Source: Entomortierella parvispora E1425 (Eukaryota > Fungi > Mortierellomycota). From it: 64,000 nucleotides of DNA. The position numbers were made by a program, and so were the translations under genes. Positions within the stretch are counted from its first letter, which is position 1. Each line of letters starts with the position of its first letter. The notes under the pieces were generated by a model. The model saw only the letters and a list, made by a program, of their open reading frames with translations. It was not told the DNA's origin and did not search any database. The stretch is taken from positions 1,178,001 to 1,242,000 of the forward strand of contig BQFW01000005.1 of NCBI GenBank assembly GCA_020891255.1, given 5' to 3'. Positions 31,129 through 44,479 of this stretch are shown one piece after another.

Positions 31129-33288
31129 GTCATGAGATGTGTTGATGCTTCATGTCATTCATCCCAAAAAAAAAAAAAAAAAAAAAGGAGGCAAAAAATC
31201 ACAGTCACATTCAGATACGTACGTATTTTGAAAGCGTACGTGAATTCTACATTTATTAAGGTTTTCACAACCTCTACATTTGCAAACTCTGTCTACATCG
31301 GCTCCTCTGACTCGCAAGTTGTCTATTGTGCCCACACACTAACCACATTTCCTCGCATGACGGAAATGTGGTGATTAGCTGAAGAAGAATTTAATCCTCT
31401 CCCGCATGCACAATGAGAGCTCTTTAATCCATAGCGAATATCCCAAGGAGGATGATCCAAATATGGTGAGTCCAAAAACCACATATCCCTTCATCTGGCT
31501 CCACATGGAACAGGTCAGGAGCACTATGACATTACCTGAGGGAAGAAGAGGAATCGCCTGAAAGCACTTGGTGTCCTTGTCCAAAAAAATCCAGGAAATT
31601 TTAGTTGTCGCGGGTCGTCGAGCTCTGTTTTGCGTCCTAGTCTCTCCCAGAATCTAAGACGTCGTTGTTATCAAAAAGCAGTTGACAAGTCCCTCGTCTT
31701 GCCAATGGACGACCGAGTTGAGCAGATACCCCATGACGATCGATAAAGTCTTTCTAACGCTAAGTCGACCTTCTGGTCGGGTTTCTGCCCAAGCACAACC
31801 TTGATAGACTGAAGGGAGCAAAAGTCTAGGGTGAAGGCACCGAGGAACTGATTGTCAGACAGGCGCTCCAGGTTCAAGACTCGGACGAAAGCGACGTATT
31901 CCGAGTCAAGCCGTCCATGGCTGTTGCGATCGTGTCGTCCCTTGCTTGGAGAGAGAGACGATCCTTCAGGGGACAGGGTGAAGGCAAGCGTGTCAATGCC
32001 GCGAGAGAAATGGAACGGTTGTAAGGTGGCGACCAATTTAGTGAATGGGATTCATCAGACGAATGTGTTGAAATGCAGGTGAAGGATGAAAGGAATGATT
32101 GGTTGATGAGAGGGCGATGGGAGTGAAGAAAGGTGGGGAGGGGGACAGTGGGAGAGAGAGAGGCAGAAGAGAGGGAGAGATGGAGGGAAGAGATGGAGGG
32201 AGAGAGATGGACAGGGCATGGCTTCTCCCGCACAGACATACAAGAGAGAGAGAGAGAGAGAGAGAAAAGAGATGCGCCCTTTCCTCTTCTCTTTCTTTCT
32301 TGCAACGCGCTGTGGGCAGGCATGGTGCTGCATCTGAGAGACATGTGCATGTCGTGACAATTAGAGCTGCTCTTTGTTGATCTGCTTCCTTGTGGTGGGA
32401 AGAGTCTGAAGGGGTCCCACTCACCACACGATCGTGGAGGGGTGGTCGCTCATACCCGGCTCCTTCTGTGTCCCTGTGTTGCTTTGAGCCATGAGTCCAC
32501 CTATTCCTGGAGAGGGGAGGCTCGGTCACCCTATTCGAGTCGGCTATATTGTCGGGTGTACCTGTGTGTGGAGTTTTTGTCGCGACAAAACGGATCCCCG
32601 AGGGACTTGTTTGACAATGCGGAAGAACGCAAGAACAGATATAGCCAGCCAGTCAGCCAGAACAGCTATATCCAGGGGACAGAATATCTTTCGTCATGAT
32701 TGCTGTCGGGACAGCCAGCGAGAAACAGCCCTTGTGCAAAGACCAATTCACTTGTCGAGATACCAGTACACAGCTCGCTCGACGCGTGTTGCGTCTGTGG
32801 TCTCTGTTACCTGTTTTCCTGCTGGCAATCTCGCCTGCGAAGGAAGATGGGCTTGAACCAACGCCGTCCATCCTGATCCAGTCGTTCCGTCTGCAGCCCA
32901 GTCAGCCACCTTTGTCCCTTCCTTCCCTCGAGGGGCGGAAATATAAAATTCAGAGCGTTGTTTGGGTTGTCAACCTTTTTTTTATTCTCTCTTCTCAACT
33001 CTCTTCTTTGTTATTCTCTCGCTCGCTGCCTTGCCTTCTCTCCTTCTCTTCACCTTTTCTTCGCTTCCAATCCCATTTCCTTCTCTTACTCTCCAGTCTA
33101 ACCTCCTCTCTTGCACCACACTTCACCTCTGCAACATTCGACTATCTCTCCCATCCTCTGACCCTAAACTGTGTGTCTCGGAGCGTCAATTACACCCCTG
33201 CCAGAGCCACCTCCGGTTTAAAACATCTTCGTGTTCTCCCTTCTCGCACCGTCATTTATACCCCTCACAACCCACACAGGACGCAGCA

Positions 33289-36200
33289 ATGGAGAAGACT
33301 TATTTTGAAGACGCCCACAACATTGTCCGCATCGTTCTCCAAAAGAGAATCAATCGCGCGGCCCAGATTTCTCTCTCCAACGGTAAAAACATGACAAGAG
33401 ACCCCTTTTGCCTGCTGCGATCCACGTTGTTCCTCGTCAGAAACAAGAGAAATATGAAGAGGAGAACCCTCTTGCTGCCCGGAAACTCTCTCGTGCAATG
33501 AACTACCATATATGACTAATGACTGTGGCACAACCCTTCAGCTGGACATTCAATCTTTGACGGACAACCGCAAAGGTGTCTATCTATCCCAAAGTTATAC
33601 GGTCATCCATCTCTCATTCGCCTTGACCCATGGCCCCTCCCCCTTATTTTCCCTCTCCAACGCCTTTTCGTTCACACGAACACTAGGCTGGCTGGAGGCA
33701 GTCCTCCCCTCCTGTTCATTATCGAGAACTAAAATATGATTATCGTTTATCCGGATCGTCATTCTCACCAACTTTCTTTTGTAATTTCCATGGACTGCTT
33801 GATAGACATTCTGTGCGTTGCAGCGGGGCTAAGGTAAATTGAGCGCACCATTGGGTTTAATGAAGTGACCAGCCTACAGCACATTGTAGGCGAAACAAGC
33901 AGGCATCGGGACGAGCTGTGCACTTTCACAAAGAAAGAAGAAACGAGGCATCGAGATATTCTCGAGAAACGGAAGGAACAGTCTCGACGGATCACAACTC
34001 TATCGGAGATACGAATCTTTTTTTTTCTTCTTTTCCGTCCCTTTTCCTTCAAGGAGATCGGACGGAGGCGGCCAACCAAGAGTGGATCGCGAATCCCTTG
34101 AGCTGCCTCTCCACATGTGGGGCACCAATAGGATTTGTGTGGTCCCTCAAGCCCGTTCCTGCCCCTGAACCACCCACACCTTTCACGCTTATCTCGGAGA
34201 ACACGTTCGAACCCGAGCTCGTCCTGACCTCTCTTTTCTTTTTTTTTTTTGTTTGACTCTTGCTCTTATTTTTTTTTCGTGTTGTGATTGTCAGATCAGC
34301 GTCGCTTGTGGACCAATTGTTCCTGAACGAGAACGACGTTGAGCGAATCCAGTCCATCTTTCATCACGTAAGTCCATAGCTCTGTTCAAGCTGCAACACC
34401 CGCCAAGCGGCACTATCCCTTTAGCGTCTATTCATGCAAATGGCGATTTCAGCCAACCAGCCCCCGTTACGCCGCCCTTGCGCCACAATGATGCGTTCTC
34501 CTATGTTCCTTCTCTATTCCTCGCGTTCGCCCTGATGCATCGGGCCCTCTTTTTTTTCCGCCCTGGAGGCTGCTGAATCTTGAATGAGGAGGGGGGAAAG
34601 TAATGCAATCGTGAGAGCGAGAGCACTTGAAGAAAGTCAGAGCTGGTGCTCACAATCTCAAACCCGCAACCCACACCGCATGCAGCGAATTGCTCACTCT
34701 TTGATTTGTTTGATTTCAAATCATACATTTTGGGTCCACCTGGTCCTTTGGAGTGCATTGGAGTGGCATGGGGGTGCGCGACAAGCAACGTTCGTGTTGT
34801 TGTTGTTGTTTACGTCCAAGTGTGGTGGGCACAAAAGATTGATCGATGGCCACTTTTCACAGAGAGACCGGGTGAATGTCCAATTGTAAAGTCATGAGAG
34901 ACGAAGGGTGGTTGTGGCACGAAAGGAAACAAGAGAACATTCCTCCCTGACCCTTGTTCTGTTGCTGCTTGTTTAGCTGCTCTTCTTCCCCTTGTTTTTT
35001 TTTTATTTTTTATTTTTTGTCTTGCTTTTCTTGAGACAGAATGAATTGCACATGGGTGGACACACAAACAAAAAGGAAACTTGCGCCCAACTCCAACGGT
35101 TTTTTTTCCCTGATTCGTCCCTCTCCCCCTCTTCCCCCCCCCCCCCCTCCTTTTTTTTCTCTCTAGTCTGCGCGCTTCAACCACCTGGATCTTTTGAGCA
35201 TTGGAGAGGACCACGTCTTCATCATCCACCGCCAGCTTCTCCTGGAGGATATTCATGACTACCTCTCGGGATCCACCACAGGACTGCAAAGGGTCTTTGT
35301 GAATGTGGACTATCATCTGATGCAGCCCGAGATTGTAAGGACTTTTACATCTTTTTGCTCGAGGTCACTCATGGAGTCCATCTTGATTACTGAACTAATC
35401 CCCTCAACTCCTTCCTTTTTCTTTCTGATAGATGCCCATGAACCGATACAAGGCACTGGAGGATTACATTAGAGACGTGTTGTTGCCAGAGGTCACGGCC
35501 CGGATACAATCGTGGGAACAGGCTGAGCAGTTCCACAACAAACTCGCTGTGCCCTCTCGTCTGTCCCTCGTCACGCTGACAGGCTGGTTATTGAGCTACC
35601 CCATCAACTATGTTCTCCCAGGTCACGGACGGCGGTATAGCAGCGGTACCTGTGGGAGTGCAGGATGCAGTCCCCGATATGAAGGCAACATGTCCCAGTT
35701 CCCATCGCTCCAGTCCAACATCTTGCAGTCCCCCGATCCATTCCTCTCTGTGGATCCCGATGAGGAGGAGGATGAAGATCAGGACAATGGCAGGAACGTG
35801 CTTGCGAACCAGGCCTTGGTCGTGACAAGAGTGCAATTGGAACCGAACGAGCGTGTAGATGGGTTGCAGGAACATTGTCTTTTGAGCTTTTCGTACCCAG
35901 CAGAGCTGGCAGAGCGGCTACAGGACAAGACCTCGCCCGCACCCTCTTCGCCCTTGACCCCGACCGTGAACGCCCTCCAGATCTCAACGGACGAGAACGG
36001 CGCTGGATCGTCCTCGGTCTCGTCGTTCCGTTTGCCCTCTGCCCTCTCATCCACGGCATCTCTGCATTCCAACATGTCGTCTGCGTCCCTGTCGTCCCTG
36101 GCATCCGCCACCACCACTTCCAACAGTATGCCCAGGACAAAGATGGATGACGATACGACGGGATCTATGCTGGAGGATCCACAGCAGCTGTCCCCTCGCT

Positions 36201-36376
36201 TGCCGAGCTCGGAATCCTTTGACAAGAACCGACCTTTGCCCTTTAGCAACCCAGACATCTGTGCGGCTGGTCGATCCTTCTTGACCACGCTTCATGCCCG
36301 ATTCCACAAGCAGAGTCTGTGGAAGACGTGGCAGGTCGGTCAGCAGACTGTAACGCTGCCGGTAGTGGCCATGTGA
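33289..36376 (+). CDS. DUF4504 / UPF0739 (C1orf74-like) protein; exons 33289-33382, 33806-33833, 34295-34367, 35167-35334, 35432-36376
   Basis: All four GT..AG introns are phase-compatible. The spliced product reads LSNDILCVAAGLRSASLVD...LLSIGEDHVFII...TLTGWLLSYPINY...LLSFSYP...ARFHKQ...TVTLPVVAM, matching my recollection of C1orf74 (GILLGYP, LYSFSVP, IVTLPAVAL). Confidence 0.8.
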
Positions 36377-36684
36377 GCTGGTAAAGGGACATGCGATAGA
36401 AGAGACGAGGAAGGAGGAACGAGGAGGAAATGGAGGCAAAATCGACAGATGCACTGAAGACAACTATACTATCATACTATCTTAATAATACACACACTTC
36501 TGACATCGATGTGGAAGCTCCCTTTTTTTCTTTGAAGAGAAGCGAGTGCGACGAATGATCATATGCTGAAACGAGTGACCGTAAAAAAGAGCAATAAAAG
36601 CACCCCTCTGTTTTGTCTTCACATCTCTAGATTAGGACCAGTGTGGTTGACAAAAGCGTGGGCGTGTTTGTAGTGGGTCTCATT

Positions 36685-39600
36685 AAGATGGACATGGTTC
36701 ACCTCGTTGATGCACCACTGACCCTCGTAGACTCGGCCCGCGATGCTATTGCCAATAACCGGTCAAAAGGGTATGGAAATAGGATTCAGAATGAAGGCGA
36801 CAGTGATGGATCGTACCAAGGAATACACAGTTCATACGCAAGTTTTATTGTCGACTTTTGGCAGCTCTCCGATCTCAAGATACAAGCTGTATCGCCTCAG
36901 TCGACATCAGCTGCAGGCAAGAAGGAGTGGGCATGGGTTCTTGGGTGTTTAGGCGTGTGGGTCCATCATGGTCATATTGTGGAGTGTGGATCAGCAAGAC
37001 GAACGAAGAGGTTGAAGTTTCGATATGTCTTCAAAATAAAAACAACTTTATTGAACAAAATTTGCGTGGTAGAGACGCGGAGAAATGAGAGCCCCTGCAT
37101 GGACCAAGTGTGACCATGTCGACTGGTAAATCTACTTCGAGCCTGCTGTTCTGTGGTCGCTTCTCTGCATGGACTTCTCGCATCTCTATTGAAGGGCTAG
37201 GAAGGCTGAATGAGAAAAAAAATGTAACGGTCAGTGTATGATGTTGACAAAATCCGCACTAGCTCCTTAGATCCGCTATTAACCTTCTCCGATACACCTT
37301 ACTGATCGCCATGAGCAGTCGGCCCCTCCCACACAAAAGGTGGGAACAGCTGCGGGCCTTCAGCCGCTTTATATCTTGCCCACGAGATAACCAGGGGAGA
37401 CCGAGAGAAGTGGCTACTACAGCCGCGCTCAGAACTGCCTCGAGTCCTGATAAGGAGTTGGACAAGGAGGGATGTGGGACATATGGATATGAACCCACGA
37501 GCAAGATGGTAGTCCGCAGATACTGACACCGAAGTGGAAGGGGAGGACCATTCCGAGAATGCACAAAAGAGAGAAAAACTTCAAAGGGAGTGCCTGCCGA
37601 CGATTCGCAAGAGTCTGGGCGGTCCGGAAAACTTGGAAAAGGGGACCTCTGGCGGGAAGGGTCAACACGGCCAGGGGCAAGTCCACACAATGCCGGGGTA
37701 GAGGGGGGAGAGAAAGCACTTCAAGGAAAGCAATAATAACAAACAAAAACAATAACAAAAACAAAAGAGAGAGGAAGGTACTGAAAACGCACCGCAGTCC
37801 ATGCCATGGACAGACTAGGGGTGGTAAAGGTGGAAAGGACCAAACAGCACTCGGACATCAACCAAAACTCATCCGCAACCAGGTTGGAGAGCCCTGCTCA
37901 CGTCGCCTCCAAGCCGTGCCTCTCGATTCAATCACACAAACACACACTGCCGTACCTTGGCTGACTCTAGAATGAGAGCGGTCGAGACTTCAAGGGCACC
38001 ATCCCATCGACTTGCAAATCGAAATTTTCAGCCAGCTGTTCTGTGGTGGCTTCTCTGCATGGACTTGTCGCATCTCTATTAAAGAGCTAGGAAGGCTGAA
38101 TGAGAAAAAAAAATGTAACGGTCAGTGTATGATGTTGACAAAATCCGCACTAGCTCCTTAGATCCGCTATTAACCTTCTCCGATACACCTTACTGATCGC
38201 CATGAGCAGTCGGCCCCTCCCACACAAAAGGTGGGAACAGCTGCGGGCCTTCAGCCGCTTTATATCTTGCCCACGAGATAACCAGGGGAGACCGAGAGAA
38301 GTGGCTACTACAGCCGCGCTCAGAACTGCCTCGAGTCCTGATAAGGAGTTGGACAAGGAGGGATGTGGGACATATGGATATGAACCCACGAGCAAGATGG
38401 TAGTCCGCAGGTACTGACACCGAAGTGGAAGGGGAGGACCATTCCGAGAATGCACAAAAGGGAGAAAAACTTCAAAGGGAGTGCCTGCCGACGATTCGCA
38501 AGAGTCTGGGCGGTCCGGAAAACTTGGAAAAGGGGACCTCTGGCGGGAAGGGTCAACACGGCCAGGGGCAAGTCCACACAATGCCGGGGTAGAGGGGGGA
38601 GAGAAAGCACTTCAAGGAAAGCAATAATAACAAACAAAAACAATAATAAAAACAAAGAGAGAGGAAGGTACTGAAAACGCACCGCAGTCCATGCCATGGA
38701 CAGACTAGGGGTGGTAAAGGTGGAAAGGACCAAACAGCACTCGGACATCAACCAAAACTCATCCGCAACCAGGTTGGAGAGCCCCGCTCACGTCGCCTCC
38801 AGGCCGTGCCTCTCGATTCAATCACACAAACACACACTGCCGTACCTTGGCTGACTCTACACATGAGAGCAGTCGAGACTTCAAAGGACTCTGGCTTCAT
38901 AAAGAGGCATCGACTGTCTTGTCGGAACCTGTTGACAACGAGAAAGCAGAGAGTGGGGGTCAGTAACGCGTCAAAAAAGCAAAAATAAACAAATCAGAAG
39001 CATGCCTTTTTCAGACTTGCCTTGATGTTTTGAGTGCGGAAAGTGTTGTGGACACAGCCAAGAGCGCTGTCAGACGGGCCCCACAGGTTTTCGTTTGAGG
39101 CACTTGCGGCTGGAAGTTGCTACAGAAGGCCTGGGTTGTGGAAGGGTATATAACTGGACTGTGGACGAGTGTATGAGAATCAAGGAAGGCGCAGCCAAAA
39201 AGCCGAACAAGGGAACGTTGCTGGGGAGAGGTGGAGGTGCGGAGGGGTGGAGGGAGTGGAAGGAGAGAAGGGCTGGAAGAGAAGGGCTGGAAGAGAAGGG
39301 CTGGAAGAGAAGGGCTGGAAGAGAAGGGCTGGAAGAGAAGACTTACCTTGCTGTTCCGGCCAGACTGCAGTGAAGAGAAAGAGTGCTTGGAGGGAGAATG
39401 GTGAGGAAGAGAAGAAAGAAGAAGAAAAAAGAAAAGCAAAAAAAGGCGAGCTTAAATAGCAAAAGCAAAAAAAAAAAAAAAACGGCTTGCAGTCTGCCAT
39501 CACCCATGAAGCTCTGGCCACTGATTTATGAATGGCATGGTTATGAAGCAGTAGGATGAAGCAACGATGTGCATCCAAGCTTTTCAAACAAAAGAAACCA

Positions 39601-42600
39601 GGATGAACGCTTCTATCCTTGCTTCGTCAGAGGCAACGATGACTGTGTACCCGCAAGTCCCCTTGCATCTCTGGACTCTAATCTTGCTGGGATCGCTTTC
39701 TTTTCATCCAAAGCCGGGAACTCAGCGGCCGGGATCGCCTTCTCCTGTTTCTCTTTTCTCACCGAGCAGACCTAATCAAATAGTGGACCCTGGATGATCG
39801 ACAGATGAAATAAAAACTGGAAAGGCAAAAAAGGAAAGAACTTGCAAGCAGACCAACTCGCTGTGAAGTGAACGAGTGCAGCGTGCTGGTGGAAGTGGGG
39901 TTACAACAGCCAAGGATCTCGGCATCATGTTTGATCCTCACATAAACTCGCTGCGTTGTAGCCACTAGCCTCACAGACAGGCCATTGTAGATTGATCAAC
40001 ATTCTTTCTTTCAGAAGGATGGCGCTGGTTAGAACCAAGCTATATCGTCCAAAGCAGATGGTCTGAGGGTGACCTGCCACGCAACAGTTGTCCTGTCCAA
40101 GATCAGACAAGTTTTTTTCTCAAGAGTGATACCAGACAACAGGTATCATCGGAACAATGGCCTGGCCCCTGAGTCCCACAGCATGGGTCCCAAGTCTGCA
40201 CGACTCCCAAGAGACGTACACATACTTTTGCATACGTGATGAGTCTTCGTCACCTTTTGGTGAGTTTGGTCCGCAGATGTTTTTTCCCTCCCACACCCCG
40301 CCAGATCCCACTGCACCTAGACCTTGCAGCCCAACAGACTTTCTCTCGATGCGAGTCTTTGCGCACGGGCCAATCGATTATCATTACCTCATATTATCAG
40401 CATGCAAAAGTCAAAACCTTTGCGCCCAAAAGAAAACCTTTCTCTCTGCGGGACCGTCGCCATGTATCAACGCTCTCGAGAGAAGCGTGTCAAACTGTGG
40501 GCTTTTTTGAAGAGTACAGCTGACCGAGCCTACTGGCTTGAGAGGGAAAGGGTAGCTCACCTTGGCCTCTCACTCCTGCTGACCATCCCTCTTGTGTGAG
40601 TGGTCACTGGTTCAAGCTTGGTTTCAACTCCCTCCCACAGACTCTGCACATTCTCTCTGTTGTTCGAGATATATTTCATCTGTCGATCATCCAGGGTCCA
40701 CTATTTGATTAGGTCTGCTCGGTGAGAAAAGAGAAACAGGAGAAGGCGATCCCGGCCGCTGAGTTCCCGGCTTTGGATGAAAAGAAAGCGATCCCAGCAA
40801 GATTAGAGTCCAGAGATGCAAGGGGACTTGCGGGTACACAGTCATCGTTGCCTCTGACGAAGCAAGGATAGAAGCGTTCATCCTGGTTTCTTTTGTTTGA
40901 AAAGCTTGGATGCACATCGTTGCTTCATCCTACTGCTTCATAACCATGCCATTCATAAATCAGTGGCCAGAGCTTCATGGGTGATGGCAGACTGCAAGCC
41001 GTTTTTTTTTTTTTTTTGCTTTTGCTATTTAAACTCGCCTTTTTTTGCTTTTCTTTTTTCTTCTTCTTTCTTCTCTTCCTCACCATTCTCCCTCCAAGCA
41101 CTCTTTCTCTTCACTGCAGTCTGGCCGGAACAGCAAGGTAAGTCTTCTCTTCCAGCCCTTCTCTTCCAGCCCTTCTCTTCCAGCCCTTCTCTTCCAGCCC
41201 TTCTCTTCCAGCCCTTCTCTTCCAGCCCTTCTCTCCTTCCACTCCCTCCACCCCTCCGCACCTCCACCTCTCCCCAGCAACGTTCCCTTGTTCGGCTTTT
41301 TGGCTGCGCCTTCCTTGATTCTCATACACTCGTCCACAGTCCAGTTATATACCCTTCCACAACCCAGGCCTTCTGTAGCAACTTCCAGCCGCAAGTACCT
41401 CAAACGAAAACCTGTGGGGCCCGTCTGACAGCGCTCTTGGCTGTGTCCACAACACTTTCCGCACTCAAAACATCAAGGCAAGTCTGAAAAAGGCATGCTT
41501 CTGATTTGTTTATTTTTGCTTTTTTGACGCGTTACTGACCCCCACTCTCTGCTTTCTCGTTGTCAACAGGTTCCGACAAGACAGTCGATGCCTCTTTATG
41601 AAGCCAGAGTCCTTTGAAGTCTCGACTGCTCTCATGTGTAGAGTCAGCCAAGGTACGGCAGTGTGTGTTTGTGTGATTGAATCGAGAGGCACGGCCTGGA
41701 GGCGACGTGAGCGGGGCTCTCCAACCTGGTTGCGGATGAGTTTTGGTTGATGTCCGAGTGCTGTTTGGTCCTTTCCACCTTTACCACCCCTAGTCTGTCC
41801 ATGGCATGGACTGCGGTGCGTTTTCAGTACCTTCCTCTCTCTTTTGTTTTTATTATTGTTTTTGTTTGTTATTATTGCTTTCCTTGAAGTGCTTTCTCTC
41901 CCCCCTCTACCCCGGCATTGTGTGGACTTGCCCCTGGCCGTGTTGACCCTTCCCGCCAGAGGTCCCCTTTTCCAAGTTTTCCGGACCGCCCAGACTCTTG
42001 CGAATCGTCGGCAGGCACTCCCTTTGAAGTTTTTCTCCCTTTTGTGCATTCTCGGAATGGTCCTCCCCTTCCACTTCGGTGTCAGTACCTGCGGACTACC
42101 ATCTTGCTCGTGGGTTCATATCCATATGTCCCACATCCCTCCTTGTCCAACTCCTTATCAGGACTCGAGGCAGTTCTGAGCGCGGCTGTAGTAGCCACTT
42201 CTCTCGGTCTCCCCTGGTTATCTCGTGGGCAAGATATAAAGCGGCTGAAGGCCCGCAGCTGTTCCCACCTTTTGTGTGGGAGGGGCCGACTGCTCATGGC
42301 GATCAGTAAGGTGTATCGGAGAAGGTTAATAGCGGATCTAAGGAGCTAGTGCGGATTTTGTCAACATCATACACTGACCGTTACATTTTTTTTTCTCATT
42401 CAGCCTTCCTAGCTCTTTAATAGAGATGCGACAAGTCCATGCAGAGAAGCCACCACAGAACAGCTGGCTGAAAATTTCGATTTGCAAGTCGATGGGATGG
42501 TGCCCTTGAAGTCTCGACCGCTCTCATTCTAGAGTCAGCCAAGGTACGGCAGTGTGTGTTTGTGTGATTGAATCGAGAGGCACGGCTTGGAGGCGACGTG

Positions 42601-43815
42601 AGCAGGGCTCTCCAACCTGGTTGCGGATGAGTTTTGGTTGATGTCCGAGTGCTGTTTGGTCCTTTCCACCTTTACCACCCCTAGTCTGTCCATGGCATGG
42701 ACTGCGGTGCGTTTTCAGTACCTTCCTCTCTCTTTTGTTTTTGTTATTGTTTTTGTTTGTTATTATTGCTTTCCTTGAAGTGCTTTCTCTCCCCCCTCTA
42801 CCCCGGCATTGTGTGGACTTGCCCCTGGCCGTGTTGACCCTTCCCGCCAGAGGTCCCCTTTTCCAAGTTTTCCGGACCGCCCAGACTCTTGCGAATCGTC
42901 GGCAGGCACTCCCTTTGAAGTTTTTCTCTCTTTTGTGCATTCTCGGAATGGTCCTCCCCTTCCACTTCGGTGTCAGTATCTGCGGACTACCATCTTGCTC
43001 GTGGGTTCATATCCATATGTCCCACATCCCTCCTTGTCCAACTCCTTATCAGGACTCGAGGCAGTTCTGAGCGCGGCTGTAGTAGCCACTTCTCTCGGTC
43101 TCCCCTGGTTATCTCGTGGGCAAGATATAAAGCGGCTGAAGGCCCGCAGCTGTTCCCACCTTTTGTGTGGGAGGGGCCGACTGCTCATGGCGATCAGTAA
43201 GGTGTATCGGAGAAGGTTAATAGCGGATCTAAGGAGCTAGTGCGGATTTTGTCAACATCATACACTGACCGTTACATTTTTTTTTCTCATTCAGCCTTCC
43301 TAGCCCTTCAATAGAGATGCGAGAAGTCCATGCAGAGAAGCGACCACAGAACAGCAGGCTCGAAGTAGATTTACCAGTCGACATGGTCACACTTGGTCCA
43401 TGCAGGGGCTCTCATTTCTCCGCGTCTCTACCACGCAAATTTTGTTCAATAAAGTTGTTTTTATTTTGAAGACATATCGAAACTTCAACCTCTTCGTTCG
43501 TCTTGCTGATCCACACTCCACAATATGACCATGATGGACCCACACGCCTAAACACCCAAGAACCCATGCCCACTCCTTCTTGCCTGCAGCTGATGTCGAC
43601 TGAGGCGATACAGCTTGTATCTTGAGATCGGAGAGCTGCCAAAAGTCGACAATAAAACTTGCGTATGAACTGTGTATTCCTTGGTACGATCCATCACTGT
43701 CGCCTTCATTCTGAATCCTATTTCCATACCCTTTTGACCGGTTATTGGCAATAGCATCGCGGGCCGAGTCTACGAGGGTCAGTGGTGCATCAACGAGGTG
43801 AACCGTGTCCGTCTT
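36685..43815. repeat. 7.1-kb inverted duplication: arms 36685-39812 and 40672-43815, spacer 859 bp
   Basis: The arms are reverse complements. Differences I found: a few substitutions, two 1-bp indels and one extra 14-bp unit, which together account for the 16-bp length difference. Confidence 0.95.
41614..43355 (+). repeat. Tandem duplication of an ~850-bp core (period about 891, 41-bp filler at 42465-42505), mirrored at about 37145-38886
   Basis: Duplicate ORFs offset by 891 bp (41918/42809, 37259/38150). Confidence 0.92.
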
Positions 43816-43960
43816 GTTGAAGCTCAGAGCAAATATGTCCATGTCCCCCTCAACCACACTCACGGGTGTCTGCGCCAGTAAAATGTAGAGTGCCTCTCGC
43901 AGGCACGGAAAATTGACACAAGGTTGGCTAAAGAAGGGCTGGAGGCTCAGATGTCTGCCT
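43455..43960 (-). pseudogene. Decayed fragment of an uncharacterised fungal family (FALSFN.TD.V.L.DAP motif); partial mirror copy at 36641-37045
   Basis: EGDMDIFALSFNKTDTVHLVDAPLTLVDSARDAI resembles a recurrent fungal hypothetical-protein motif as I recall it. The 3' end runs into the repeat unit. Confidence 0.4.
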
Positions 43961-44479
43961 ATAGGACAGACTGTCGATGGTCAACTTTTGCATCTCGATC
44001 TTTGTCTTGTTCATCCCAAGCAGCTTCTGCACGCGGTTGGAGGGAAGTTGGAGAGACGGCGGAGTTTAAGTCTCGTGCTGGTGTCTCTGTCCCCTGCTAC
44101 CGATGTTCCCGAAGTAAATCCGCGTAATAAGAAGACCTGCCGGCCGCGTCCAAGACCACCCTAGGCGGGGCGATTCTGAGTGGCCGTGGCTCTGACACGA
44201 GAAGCTGATCATGACATTGACCAGGAAGCCATTAAGGTCGTGGTCAAAGAGGACATACCCCAAAGGATGATAGGTTAGAGCTGTTGATCGAGGCTGCAGA
44301 TAAGCAGAGGGCGCGGTCTGAAAAGACAGATGGTGTTGAGGAATGTACCTCTTGACTGAGTCCTGATGCAACGGCGGACCGGCGGTCTGAAATGGCACAA
44401 TGGCAGATGGTGCTGAAGAGGTATGTACAGTACCTCTTGATTGAGGTCTGATGCAAGGACGGACCAGCAAAAAGGAAGA

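Larger units (their letters stand above)
28827..31324. mobile_element. PIF/Harbinger DNA transposon, apparently intact (2498 bp)
   Basis: 18-bp TIRs AGACA(C/A)CTTGCGAGTCAG with one mismatch (28827-28844 and 31307-31324); 3-bp TSD ATT (28824-28826 and 31325-31327); two convergent ORFs. Confidence 0.93.
28520..31483 (+). repeat. 243-bp tandem duplication; copy 2 is split by the Harbinger insertion
   Basis: AGCTGCCCCTC at 28532 and 28775 (offset 243). Sequence after 31327 matches 28585-28735. Confidence 0.85.

Noticed and set aside
40400-40523. PKRKPFSLRDRRH resembling a Tc1 HTH linker in the palindrome spacer
   Set aside because: The match is too short and no other transposase motifs follow.
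40690-40990. A frame interrupted only by TGA codons, suggesting recoding or an alternative genetic code
   Set aside because: Neighbouring genes end in TGA (NACHT, F-box, DUF4504), the peptide resembles nothing I recognise, and chance or decay explains it.
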